From: an uncultured Candidatus Saccharibacteria bacterium
GTDB taxonomy: Bacteria > Patescibacteriota > Minisyncoccia > Phycocordibacterales > Zambryskibacteraceae
Length of the DNA: 64,000 bases
Assembly: GCA_964355645.1 (NCBI GenBank)
Contig: CAYHDI010000002.1
Coordinates: 11,452 to 75,451 of the forward strand
Direction: 5' to 3'
A model generated the notes under the pieces. That model was not told where the DNA came from. It was given only the letters and a program-made list of their open reading frames with translations, and made no database searches. The translations under genes were made by a program, and so were the position numbers. Position 1 is the stretch's first letter, and each line of letters opens with the position of its first letter. Shown piece after piece: positions 9,654 through 18,237 of the stretch.

Positions 9654-9896
9654 ATGTTTTATATTTATATTCTCCAATCACTAACAGATAACTCCTACTA
9701 TGTGGGTTGTACAGAAAATACATCCAGAAGAATTTCTGAACACAATTCAGGAAAAGTGAGAAGCACAAAGACACGCCAACCATGGTCATTGCGATATACA
9801 GAGAAATATAATACATTATCAGAAGCTCGAAGCCGTGAAAATCAGATTAAACGCTGGAAAAGTCGAGCTGCTATTGAAAGATTGTTAAATAAGTAA
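9654..9896 (+). CDS. GIY-YIG nuclease family protein (80 aa, UPF0213-like)
   Basis: YIYILQSLTDNSYYVGCTENTSRRISEHNSGK...RENQIKRWKSR carries the GIY-YIG motifs, including the conserved Arg and the Glu. Confidence 0.75.
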   Translation: MFYIYILQSLTDNSYYVGCTENTSRRISEHNSGKVRSTKTRQPWSLRYTEKYNTLSEARSRENQIKRWKSRAAIERLLNK

Positions 9897-9905
9897 TAAC
9901 ATCAC

Positions 9906-9992
9906 GTAAGGTCCCGACCTCGACTTCAGTCGGGTCGAGGACCCGCGATTTTGTAACAACTTCGTTTAACAAAATCGGGGCCCTATCGTCTA
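9906..9992 (+). repeat. right direct repeat of the GIY-YIG cassette, running into the authentic tRNA-Glu 5' end
   Basis: Its sequence gtcccgacctcgacttcagtcgggtcgaggacccgcgatt...aatcggggccctatcgtcta matches the left repeat in the same orientation. Confidence 0.55.
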
Positions 9993-10050
9993 TCGGTTAG
10001 GACACATCCTTTTCAAGGATGGAAGCAGAGTTCGACTCTCTGTAGGGTCA
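9979..10050 (+). tRNA. tRNA-Glu (anticodon TTC)
   Basis: ggccctatcgtctatcggttaggacacatccttTTCaaggatg...gttcgactctctgtagggtca has a 7-bp acceptor stem with one G-U pair. Confidence 0.75.
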
Positions 10051-10056
10051 CAAATT

Positions 10057-10314
10057 ATGAGTTTATTCAAAGAAAGAGTTTTAAAAGTGGTCAGGGGGAT
10101 ACCAAGGGGTCGAACACTTTCATACGGAGATGTGGCTAAACTTGCCGGAAACCCTGGTGCAAGTAGGGCAGTAGGAACAATTATGAAAAACAATCACGAC
10201 AAGTCAGTTCCGTGCCATAGAGTTATAAAATCAAATGGGGAAGTCGGAGAATACAATAACGGAGGACCAAAGATGAAACGGGCTCTACTCAAAAAAGAGG
10301 GCGTAGATATATAA
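10057..10314 (+). CDS. methylated-DNA-protein-cysteine methyltransferase DNA-binding-domain protein (MGMT/Ogt C-terminal domain only, 85 aa)
   Basis: ...GRTLSYGDVAKLAGNPGASRAVGTIMKNNHDKSVPCHRVIKSNGEVG... carries the PCHRV active-site motif. Confidence 0.7.
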   Translation: MSLFKERVLKVVRGIPRGRTLSYGDVAKLAGNPGASRAVGTIMKNNHDKSVPCHRVIKSNGEVGEYNNGGPKMKRALLKKEGVDI

Positions 10315-11108
10315 TGTTCTACACAATGTTCAGAAAACTTTTCTCAACTTTATTCTTTGTACTACTTCTCGCGGGAGCGGGGGTTTATTTTTATAATCAG
10401 CAACCTTGCGTTCAACCGATTGGATTTAGGATTGGGACCCTCGACAGTCGGTTTGGATTGAGTCAGGTGGAGTTTAAGCAGATTGCTATTCAAGCCGAAG
10501 AAATTTGGAGCAAAGATTTGGGTAAACCATTATTCAAATACGATCCAAATGGGTCGCTGGCGGTGAATTTGATTTATGATTCAAGGCAGGCAACCGCGGA
10601 CAAGAATGCGAATATCATCTCAGACATAAATCAAACGACCGAATCCGCTGATGCGGTTCGTACCCAATTTCTCGCCCTTGAATTAAATTACAAAGAAAGT
10701 CTTGCAGATTACAACGCGCTTCTTTCAGAGCGAAAGGATTTTCAGGCGATTGAAGAGAAAAGATTGGAAGTCAACGCTTTGGCCGAGCAAATCAATGCGT
10801 TGGTAAAAAAATATAATTATTTGGTTAGTGCGGTGAACACAAATATAAATACGGTGAACCAGTCGGCGGGCAAAGAATTCGAAGAAGGGGAGTATGTTTA
10901 TGATTCGAACGGCAAGAGAATAAATATTTATGAATTTAAAACTCGATCGGAACTTATTCGAGTGCTAGCTCACGAATTTGGCCATGCGCTCAATATGAAT
11001 CACAACAATAATCCAAAATCGATTATGTATTATTTGAATCAGAGCTCAAATGAAGTCCCAACCGCAGAAGATACGAACGCCTTGAAAACAATTTGTAGAG
11101 TGAAATAA
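10314..11108 (+). CDS. membrane-anchored zinc metalloprotease (HExxHxxxxxH, matrixin-like)
   Basis: It has an N-terminal TM segment and the C-terminal motif LAHEFGHALNMNHNNN. Confidence 0.55.
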   Translation: MFYTMFRKLFSTLFFVLLLAGAGVYFYNQQPCVQPIGFRIGTLDSRFGLSQVEFKQIAIQAEEIWSKDLGKPLFKYDPNGSLAVNLIYDSRQATADKNANIISDINQTTESADAVRTQFLALELNYKESLADYNALLSERKDFQAIEEKRLEVNALAEQINALVKKYNYLVSAVNTNINTVNQSAGKEFEEGEYVYDSNGKRINIYEFKTRSELIRVLAHEFGHALNMNHNNNPKSIMYYLNQSSNEVPTAEDTNALKTICRVK

Positions 11109-11222
11109 AACCCTTGCTCCATCGGCATACAAGTGGACAAAGGCAGTGTTTTGTGCTAAGGTGCCCTCAGATCATGATGTACGCGGATTCCCCGCACAAA
11201 CCTGCTCCCGAGGTACCAACTC

Positions 11223-11801
11223 ATGCGCTCCTTTACCCTCGTTGTACTCCTGGCTATCCTGCTGGCCCCGTTGGGCCTGATTCAGGCCCAGAACACGTGC
11301 GGTATCTGTCCGCCCAAGGACACCACTGCCCTAGCCCTCAACGCCTTCAAGGCGAAGATGGACAAGACGGACAGGAGTCAGAATGCTCGCATCGCGAGCC
11401 TCCAGGTCTCCCGTGTCCAGATGCAGAAGAGCATCGAAGTCCTGTCCGGCAAGGTCCTCGACCTCAACGCGAGGCCTACGACCGATACGTCGGTCATGAA
11501 CCAGCTTACTTGGAATTCGGCCGAACTCGCTCGGCAGAAGGTCGAACTCTCCAAGGTCGAGAACGAGATCTCTGGGCTCGGGCGTCAGCTAGCCGAAGCA
11601 AGGGCAAAGGCTCTTGAACAGGCGAACAAGGATACCAAGAAGAAGACAAGCGGTCTGTCGACGGGCGACAAGTGGCTAATCGGCGGCTCAGCCGTCGTCG
11701 TGACTGGAGGACTGGTGTATCTCGCTGTCCAGAAATTGGGCAGGTCGGAGACTCACACCAGCTCCTCCAGCTCCTCCTGCTCCGGCAGCAATTGCCGATA
11801 G
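11223..11801 (+). CDS. secreted coiled-coil protein with C-terminal TM and Ser-rich tail, encoded in a roughly 60% GC block (likely foreign)
   Basis: It has a signal peptide (MRSFTLVVLLAILLAPLGLIQAQ). GC content jumps sharply relative to both flanks. A GC-rich terminator hairpin follows directly. Confidence 0.35.
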   Translation: MRSFTLVVLLAILLAPLGLIQAQNTCGICPPKDTTALALNAFKAKMDKTDRSQNARIASLQVSRVQMQKSIEVLSGKVLDLNARPTTDTSVMNQLTWNSAELARQKVELSKVENEISGLGRQLAEARAKALEQANKDTKKKTSGLSTGDKWLIGGSAVVVTGGLVYLAVQKLGRSETHTSSSSSSCSGSNCR

Positions 11802-11806
11802 CGCAC

Positions 11807-11840
11807 CCGGGCCTCGCAGAACATGCGAGGCCCTTTTGTT
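11807..11840 (+). terminator. rho-independent terminator
   Basis: The hairpin gcctcgcagaacatgcgaggc is followed by ccttttgttttt. Confidence 0.55.
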
Positions 11841-11867
11841 TTTATTATTTATAGTGAGCCTGTCGAA

Positions 11868-12827
11868 CTATTTTCCAGCGTGCAAGTACAAATAAATATC
11901 TTCGAGAGCCTTCACCGCGTCGCCGGCAGCGATGTTGTTTTGATGATAAAGTCCATCTGTGCAATCTCCAGCAGCCCAGAGACCTTCGACTTCAGATACT
12001 TGAGTTTTCGGATTAACCGGGATTTGTTTGTATTCGTTTAATTTAATTAAATTTTCTACAAATGAAGTGGATGGGATAAGTCCAATTTCAACAAATATGC
12101 CGGTGACGGGCAATTCAACTTTTTCTTTTTTTTCATTCTCATAAACAATAGATGAGACAAAGTTTGTTCCTTTAATTTCTACAGGCGTAGCATTCTTTGT
12201 AAGCTTCATATTCGGATGAGAGAGGACTTTTTCTACTGTGGATGGATCGGCCTTAACTACCTCACTTCTGTTGAGTAGGGTTACAGATCTTGCATAAGCC
12301 AAGAGTTGGGCGGCAGATTCGAATCCTGCATTTCCGCTTCCTATGACCACGACATCTTGTCCGGCGAAGAGAGGGCCGTCGCATGAGGCACAATATGTGA
12401 TACCTTTGTTTTCAAATTCTTTGGCTCCAGGGATGTCTAGTTTTCTACGAGTGCTCCCAGTGGCCACAAACACAGTTTTGGTTTCGTATCTTCCTTCTTT
12501 GGTAGTGACAGAGAAATTGTCACTGTTCTTTTCGATTTTCTGTACCCATTCGTTTAAATGAATATCTACCACATCGCTCGCCACGGCTCGAAGATGATTT
12601 TCTAAAGCTTTGCCCAGATCTGCTCCAGAAATATTCAAAGTGCCAACCCAGTTTTCTACCCCCATGGATTCTACTGATTGCCCCCCAATAGATTCTGCGA
12701 TGAATAGGGTTTTCAATCTTTTGCGCGCAGCATATATACCAGCAGAAACCCCGGCTGGGCCCCCTCCGATGATAGTCAAGTCGTATTGCATAAAGCACAG
12801 AATACCAGAAAATTTTTTTATATACAA
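11868..12827 (-). CDS. trxB: thioredoxin-disulfide reductase-like FAD/NAD(P) oxidoreductase
   Basis: It has the GGGPAG dinucleotide motif, a redox CxxC (CASCDG), and a second Rossmann motif GSGNAG. The likely start is the internal Met at 12788. Confidence 0.7.
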   Translation of the reverse strand: MYIKKFSGILCFMQYDLTIIGGGPAGVSAGIYAARKRLKTLFIAESIGGQSVESMGVENWVGTLNISGADLGKALENHLRAVASDVVDIHLNEWVQKIEKNSDNFSVTTKEGRYETKTVFVATGSTRRKLDIPGAKEFENKGITYCASCDGPLFAGQDVVVIGSGNAGFESAAQLLAYARSVTLLNRSEVVKADPSTVEKVLSHPNMKLTKNATPVEIKGTNFVSSIVYENEKKEKVELPVTGIFVEIGLIPSTSFVENLIKLNEYKQIPVNPKTQVSEVEGLWAAGDCTDGLYHQNNIAAGDAVKALEDIYLYLHAGK

Positions 12828-12849
12828 AAAAGCCCCGCTCCGATTTCAC

Positions 12850-12890
12850 ATCGGAAGTACAAAAAAGTTCCCCCACTATAATTTCCGACC
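12850..12890 (-). terminator. terminator for the ftsZ operon (reverse strand)
   Basis: On the minus strand the hairpin cttccgatgtgaaatcggag is followed by cggggcttttttgtat. Confidence 0.4.
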
Positions 12891-12939
12891 GCGAAAAATA
12901 GTGTATTATTGTTTCGATATATCGATACAAAAACCGAAA

Positions 12940-12980
12940 CCCCTCTCCTTAATAAGGAGAGGGGCAGGGGTGAGGTGTAT
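12940..12980. repeat. GC-rich palindromic element, copy A (inner hairpin plus right outer arm)
   Basis: cccctctccttaataaggagaggggcaggggtgaggtgtat abuts the ftsZ stop codon. Confidence 0.6.
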
Positions 12981-14140
12981 TACTTCAATTTTGAACGACG
13001 GAGGAAAGCAGGCACGGCGCCCCAATCATCTTCGTTGTCATTCGCCGAAGGAGCAGGAGTGACTTCAGGCTTCTTTGTTTCCTCAACTTTTTCGCCCGGC
13101 TTTGTGAAGGAGTTGAAAATCTTGCCTTTGTCCCCATCATTTGAAGGAGTACCCCCGAACAAGGAAGTCGCTTTCTTCTGCATGTGCTCAGGGAAACTTG
13201 AAGCGATGACCGTAATCTTGAGTTCACCTTTTTTGAGTTTGTCATCCTTGACTGTCCCGAAAATAATCTTGGCATTCGGATCGACTGATTCGGTGATAAC
13301 CTTGGCTGCGTCTTGGATTTCAAACATAGTGAGGTCGTCTCCACCGGCGATAGAGAAGAGTACGCCCTTGGCCCCATTAATTGAGATTTCAAGAAGTGGA
13401 GAAGAGATGGCCATACGAGCCGCTTCCTCGGCGCGTTTCTCACCCGAAGCCCGTCCGATACCCATAAGTGCAGCACCTGCATTCTCCATGACCGCGCGAA
13501 TATCAGCGAAGTCAATGTTGATGATGCCCGGTGTAGTGATGAGGTCCGAGATTCCTTCAACGGCTTGTTTAAGAATGTTGTCGCAAGTGGCGAACGCATC
13601 CTTGGCTGTAGTGTCCTTGTCTATGGTTTGAAGAAGTCGGTCATTCGGAATGATGATGAGAGCGTCAACGGCTTGTTTGAGTTCATCTATAGCCACATCA
13701 GCAATTTTCATGCGTTGAATACCTTCGAAGAAGAAAGGCTTGGTAACTACAGCGACGGTGAGACAGCCAGCTTCCTTGGCTGTTCTCGCAATGACTGGAG
13801 CAGCCCCGGAAGCTGTCCCTCCTCCCATTCCGCAAGCAATGAAGACCATGTCTGCACCCTTGATGGCTTCTTGAATTTCTTCCTTCGTTTCTTCGACCGC
13901 GCGTTTACCCAAATCAGGATTCATCCCTGTACCCAAACCTCGAGTGAGGTTTTTCCCAATATGAATTTTCTTCTTGGCCAATGAGTGATGCAAATCTTGG
14001 GCATCTGTATTGACTGAAATGAAATCTACCCCCTTGACCTTCGAATTGATCATGTGGTTGATCGCGTTTTTCCCCGAACCTCCTACCCCGACGACCTTTA
14101 TCCTAGCGAAAGCTTCTACTTCTGGTTTGATTTGTGGCAT
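12980..14140 (-). CDS. ftsZ: cell division protein FtsZ
   Basis: It carries [13 protein letters not shown], a variant of the tubulin signature, and N-terminal [15 protein letters not shown]. Confidence 0.9.
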   Translation of the reverse strand: MPQIKPEVEAFARIKVVGVGGSGKNAINHMINSKVKGVDFISVNTDAQDLHHSLAKKKIHIGKNLTRGLGTGMNPDLGKRAVEETKEEIQEAIKGADMVFIACGMGGGTASGAAPVIARTAKEAGCLTVAVVTKPFFFEGIQRMKIADVAIDELKQAVDALIIIPNDRLLQTIDKDTTAKDAFATCDNILKQAVEGISDLITTPGIINIDFADIRAVMENAGAALMGIGRASGEKRAEEAARMAISSPLLEISINGAKGVLFSIAGGDDLTMFEIQDAAKVITESVDPNAKIIFGTVKDDKLKKGELKITVIASSFPEHMQKKATSLFGGTPSNDGDKGKIFNSFTKPGEKVEETKKPEVTPAPSANDNEDDWGAVPAFLRRSKLK

Positions 14141-14261
14141 GTTTTTCTTATAAGTTTCTTGCGCCTTATACTACCTAAGCCCAGTCTAAAAGAAAAGGAG
14201 TTGACATTTTCTTTAAATGGTTTGTGAAAAAGAGTAATTTTTGAATTATTTTTATAAAAAG

Positions 14262-14302
14262 CGAAACCCCCTCTCCAACCGAAGTTGAATTGGGGGTTTT
14301 TG
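14262..14302 (-). terminator. terminator downstream of the acidic mini-protein gene
   Basis: On the minus strand the stem aaaccccc...gggggttt is followed by a T-run. Confidence 0.4.
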
Positions 14303-14303
14303 T

Positions 14304-14516
14304 TTAGACTGGTTCGCTGTCGTCTTCCGGCCAATCATACTTACATCTTGGGCAGAGTGGGGTCGAATCCGTGGGGTCCAGTTTGCTGACTGGAAACGGA
14401 TTTCCACATTCACCACAAATGGCCGGTCCTTCTAGTTCGAACTTGAAGTCTACTGCGCAGTCGTCTGCCGTTCCTTCTTCGAGATAATCAGGGGATTCTT
14501 CATAGTCGTCCGACAT
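14304..14516 (-). CDS. highly acidic zinc-ribbon mini-protein (70 aa)
   Basis: MSDDYEESPDYLEEGTADD...ICGECGNPF...LCPRCKYDWPEDDSEPV has two CxxC pairs. There is a strong RBS (aaggagatacaaATG). A long, roughly 150-200-nt structured leader lies downstream of a TTGACT-17-TAGTAT promoter at about 14700. Confidence 0.4.
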   Translation of the reverse strand: MSDDYEESPDYLEEGTADDCAVDFKFELEGPAICGECGNPFPVSKLDPTDSTPLCPRCKYDWPEDDSEPV

Positions 14517-14679
14517 TTGTATCTCCTTTGAAGGTTTAACTTTAAAGGAGTTATCGCATCCGCTTATTCCTGAGGGAAGGGTGAAGGAAGCGAAACCTTA
14601 CTGGCCAATGTGTCTTGATTACCCGTACAGACACTTTGGTGACTTTCGTCGTTCAGGTTGCTCTAGACTTATACTAGCA

Positions 14680-14712
14680 CGGTTCAATATGAAAGTCAAG
14701 CATTTTATCCAC
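14680..14712 (-). promoter_or_regulatory. promoter candidate (reverse strand: TTGACTttcatattgaaccgtgcTAGTAT) driving a long leader and the zinc-ribbon gene
   Basis: Read on the reverse complement of 14680-14712. Confidence 0.35.
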
Positions 14713-14792
14713 TTGTAAGAAAAGGCAGATATGTTAGTATACAGGGTATATACGGCTTCGGCCCTCCCCGCAAGGGGTTAATATACAAAAGC

Positions 14793-15182
14793 TCAAGCAA
14801 TCAAAAGCTTGATCTTTTGTTTTATCTCCACATAATCTTTTATGTCTAAAACCCCGATTTTATATTGTAAGCGTTTGGAATCTATCATTCTCAGTTGTGA
14901 AAGTATCACTGTATTAGAACCTCTATTCTCTAGACTAAAAGTAAAGTAGTATTCACCTTTTTTAGTTTTCTTTGTAAGTGGAATGGCCCAAAAACTTTCA
15001 TTATTAAATTTTCTTAACACAAGTACCGGACGACGGAACTCCTTACCCCTACCGTCTTCTTCAAATCCGATGTTGGCTCCGAGCGAGGCAAACCAAATTT
15101 CTCGTTCATGGAAGAAAGGCCTTTGTCTATCCTCGTGAATATCGCTTTTTTCTTTGTGCCATTCAGAAAAATCTTTTTTCAT
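14793..15182 (-). CDS. MazF/PemK-family mRNA interferase toxin-like protein
   Basis: ...EREIWFASLG...RRPVLVL...WAIPLT...TVILSQLRMIDSKRL..KIGVLD parallels MazF/NdoA in Bacillus (...RPVLVIQ...VILLEQIRTIDKQRLTDKI). It lies 16 bp downstream of ftsA. No upstream antitoxin gene is present. Confidence 0.6.
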   Translation of the reverse strand: MKKDFSEWHKEKSDIHEDRQRPFFHEREIWFASLGANIGFEEDGRGKEFRRPVLVLRKFNNESFWAIPLTKKTKKGEYYFTFSLENRGSNTVILSQLRMIDSKRLQYKIGVLDIKDYVEIKQKIKLLIA

Positions 15183-15198
15183 TTTTCCAAATGTTTAT

Positions 15199-16410
15199 TT
15201 AAGGCAGGAATTGGGAGAACCAATCGGAAACTTGGCGCAAACCTTTTTTCCCAGACTCAGCCATTTTTTCTACATTTCCGAGACCAATTGAGCGTTGTTC
15301 GTTTTCAGCATTGAACCCGAGGACGGCGAGTCCGTAGGCGACCGACCAAGTTAAATCTTTTTGTTTTTTGTTTGATTCAGAATTTTCTTCTCCAAAATGA
15401 ATCTCAGCAATTCTTGAGGGAAGTTTCAAAGTACTTTCGGCCAATTCTTTAATCATCGAGAGCTTGGCTCCACCTCCAGTGATGACTATGCCGGCAGGCA
15501 AGAGAGCGTTGCGACCAATTTTCTTCAAATGTGTTTCAATCAGTTCAAACATATCTTCGAGCCGAGCAGAAATTATTTCATCCAGCTTTTTCTTAGAATA
15601 ATTTGAATTAGTGATAGAGCCTAGCTTGATTGATTCAGCTTCTTCGAGTGAAATTTTCAATCCGAGAGCTATGTCGTTCGTGATGTCTGTCCCGCCGATA
15701 GGGAAAACTTCGAGCGAAATGGGATTGCTGTTTTCAAAAACAATCATAGAAAGTGTTTCCGCTCCAACATTGACCAAGACCACCCCTGCTTTCTTTTGTT
15801 TCTTGTTTAAATTGACGAAGCTTGAAGCAATGGGCGAAGCGACGACGTCTATGACTTCAATATCTATTTCTTCTACTGCTTTGATTAAATTTTGAATATG
15901 ACTCTCGAGACACATAATGAAGAAAGTTTTCACATCGAGCTTCTCGGCTTTCAAACCCAGAGCCTGTCCCCACACGGTCTTCCCATCAATCTTGTATTCA
16001 ATCGGGATGGTGTTGATAATCTTTTTGTTCAAAGAAACCGAGTGGGGAATGGTCGCTTCAGCCGTTTCAAGAGCTTTGTTCACATCAAGGGCTGTGATTT
16101 CAAGGTCGGCCCTAGAAATGACTGTGGAACCGTTCGTGGTGATACCTGAAAGCCCGATGCCTCCGATAGAAACAAACGCTCGTTTAATTTTATAATTCGA
16201 TGACTTTTCTGCTTGGGCGACAGCCAGAGCGATAGCTTCTGAAGCCTCAGAAGTATTGGTGATGAAGCCGTGATGCAGGCCCTTTGATTCACTCGAACCA
16301 CTACCTATTATTTTTGAAAAAATTTTTCCTTCAGCGTGCAACTCTTCAGCTACTACAACTTTGATTTCGTGAGTGCCTATATCAATGCCTGTTGCTATTT
16401 GACGTGCCAT
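15199..16410 (-). CDS. ftsA: cell division protein FtsA
   Basis: It has the actin/Hsp70-fold N-terminus IATGIDIGTHEIKVVVAE... and the 3' end is ...ITGGGAKL. The start was trimmed to the second Met at 16410. Confidence 0.85.
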   Translation of the reverse strand: MARQIATGIDIGTHEIKVVVAEELHAEGKIFSKIIGSGSSESKGLHHGFITNTSEASEAIALAVAQAEKSSNYKIKRAFVSIGGIGLSGITTNGSTVISRADLEITALDVNKALETAEATIPHSVSLNKKIINTIPIEYKIDGKTVWGQALGLKAEKLDVKTFFIMCLESHIQNLIKAVEEIDIEVIDVVASPIASSFVNLNKKQKKAGVVLVNVGAETLSMIVFENSNPISLEVFPIGGTDITNDIALGLKISLEEAESIKLGSITNSNYSKKKLDEIISARLEDMFELIETHLKKIGRNALLPAGIVITGGGAKLSMIKELAESTLKLPSRIAEIHFGEENSESNKKQKDLTWSVAYGLAVLGFNAENEQRSIGLGNVEKMAESGKKGLRQVSDWFSQFLP

Positions 16411-16798
16411 GAATTTTAAATGTTTGGCGTAGTTTGGATTCCGCTTTCTCCATTGTACTGCCATGTCTCATTCCCTTCAAATGGCACAAACCGTGGACAA
16501 AGAGAAAACCGACGAAATTTTGAAAAGTTTGATTGAAAATAGGAGCCTCCTTCTTAGCTAGTTCGAGGTTTATGAAAATTTCTCCGGTTCCGCCAGTTGG
16601 CGGATTCGAGAGAGGAAACGAGAGAATGTTCGTCGGTTTGTTTTTCTGCCGATAAGTTTTGTTTAGTTGTTTAGAAAGTTTGTTGTTTATGAAAACCAGT
16701 GAAAGTGCGTAGGTCCGACCTAAGCAAGTGTTTTTGATTAATTCAAAATGAATTTTTGGAACAACCCTCCTTGTTTTTTTGGAAATTGAAAATGGCAA
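16382..16798 (-). CDS. ybeY: rRNA maturation RNase YbeY
   Basis: It carries the HGLCHLKGMRH (HxxxHxxGxxH) zinc motif at 138 aa. It overlaps the annotated ftsA start. Confidence 0.75.
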   Translation of the reverse strand: MPFSISKKTRRVVPKIHFELIKNTCLGRTYALSLVFINNKLSKQLNKTYRQKNKPTNILSFPLSNPPTGGTGEIFINLELAKKEAPIFNQTFQNFVGFLFVHGLCHLKGMRHGSTMEKAESKLRQTFKIHGTSNSNRH

Positions 16799-16817
16799 AT
16801 TGAAAATTTTCTGGCTC

Positions 16818-17069
16818 CTAGCGTTTGCGTTTGGTGAACTTGGTTACTTCAGCAATCTTGCCGAGCTTCACAAGTTCTGCGGTTTCCCCTTTCTTCTTTA
16901 GATAAGCGAGGGTCTTGGCTTTCCTGACATTTTCAGATTTGGTTCGCTCTGTATAGCGTTTGCTTCGAACACGATTCAAGACACCGGCTCCTTGAACACG
17001 TTTTTGGAAACGTCGAAGTACGGAGAGGTTGTTCTCACTGGCGCCCTTGATTACTTCAATATTTATCAT
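16818..17069 (-). CDS. rpsU: 30S ribosomal protein S21
   Basis: MINIEVIKGASENNLSVLRRFQKRVQGAGVLNRVRSKRYTERTKSENVRKAK matches the S21 pattern (LRRFKR..EKAGVL.E.RRR.FYEKP). Confidence 0.7.
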   Translation of the reverse strand: MINIEVIKGASENNLSVLRRFQKRVQGAGVLNRVRSKRYTERTKSENVRKAKTLAYLKKKGETAELVKLGKIAEVTKFTKRKR

Positions 17070-17097
17070 TGTGAGGGTCACTTTAGCACAAACTTAT

Positions 17098-18237
17098 CTA
17101 CAAGGCAATATGTTTTAGAAATTGAGGCAAATCGGCAATTTTCACTGTTTCTTGAGCGCGGGTGGAAACATTACGTACAGTGACAGTTTCTTCCAGAGCC
17201 TCTTTTTGACCAATGATTAAAAGATAAGGCACCCGCAAACTTTCAGCGTTCATTAATTGAGGAACGATTTTGTCCTTGCCGAGGAAATGATAGATGGCTA
17301 TATGGTTCTCTCGTAGAAGTTCGATGATAGGCAAGGCCTTTAATTTCGCTTTTTGACCAAGTTGAATTAAATAGAATTTTGGTCGAGGCAATTCCTTGCA
17401 TATTTTTTCATTATTTCCATTTGGGTTTTTTTTGTGCAAATCGAAAATGGTGGCAGAGACCGCGGGCATTTCTTTCTTTAATCCGAACCGTTTGGTCAAT
17501 CGAGTGTAGCGGAAACCTTCGCTGAGCAAATTTTCATTATCTGTGTCACGTATGGCAAACGCGGTGTGAGAGTTGAAATGTCTATTTCCAATCAATTTGT
17601 GGGCCAAACGAAATTCTACTCCTAGGGCTTCCAAATATTCGAGCATCTCTTTGAAATGTTCTCGACTTTGAATAGAAAGAGAGGCGATGGAAGGAGGGAT
17701 ATGATCATGAAGATTTTCAGCCAAGTCTAATTTTAATAATTTAAAGATGTCATCTTTCAATTTTTTCTTATGTTCGGGCGTAAGTTCGTGCGCCATCTTC
17801 CTCGCACACTGATGAAGCTCTCGTTCATAAGCGACGATAGAATCCTTGTCCCCGATAGAATTTATTTCTACTACCAAATGTTCGAACCCTCTTTCAAGAA
17901 GAATAGAAAGTGTGGCTCGAATCAAAATGGCCTCGGCCAGGGCGGAATGAAGACCGAGAATATGCAGAGCATGGGTGAAGCTTCGTTTGCCCACGTCTCT
18001 TTTTTTGTAAGAAATAGTCAGGGGGTGAGGAAGATTGGCCATCCCTCTTTCAACATATGAACGGAGAAAAGCGGATTTGTCATAAGCTTCCGGTCCGCAA
18101 TCTTTGACCGCCTCCATGTCTTTCTCTGAAACATGCGGAGCTTCAACAGGAACAAAACCGAAGTATGAAGCAGAGAAAAGAGATTTGTCGAATTCGTGGA
18201 GAATGTAAGCTGGACGTGAATTAGTTAGTTTGGACAT
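17098..18237 (-). CDS. hisS: class II aminoacyl-tRNA synthetase, HisRS-like (divergent, 379 aa)
   Basis: Its N-terminal motif GFVPVEAP resembles HisRS motif 1. The C-terminal anticodon-binding-like segment is YLLIIGQKEALEETVTVRN. Confidence 0.45.
   Translation of the reverse strand: MSKLTNSRPAYILHEFDKSLFSASYFGFVPVEAPHVSEKDMEAVKDCGPEAYDKSAFLRSYVERGMANLPHPLTISYKKRDVGKRSFTHALHILGLHSALAEAILIRATLSILLERGFEHLVVEINSIGDKDSIVAYERELHQCARKMAHELTPEHKKKLKDDIFKLLKLDLAENLHDHIPPSIASLSIQSREHFKEMLEYLEALGVEFRLAHKLIGNRHFNSHTAFAIRDTDNENLLSEGFRYTRLTKRFGLKKEMPAVSATIFDLHKKNPNGNNEKICKELPRPKFYLIQLGQKAKLKALPIIELLRENHIAIYHFLGKDKIVPQLMNAESLRVPYLLIIGQKEALEETVTVRNVSTRAQETVKIADLPQFLKHIAL

Noticed and set aside
11114-11617. 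167-aa ORF in the GC-rich block, with others at 30620-31111 and 30887-31750 in the SPFH island
   Set aside because: They are alternative-frame ORFs produced by high GC content. The frame with a signal peptide (11223) or with a recognisable SPFH domain was preferred.
14540-14690. Possible SRP (4.5S) RNA because of a gaaggaagc string and hairpins
   Set aside because: It lacks the conserved domain IV architecture, meaning a GNRA tetraloop flanked by AGG...GGAAGCAGC symmetric loops. The region is better explained as a leader of the downstream zinc-ribbon gene.
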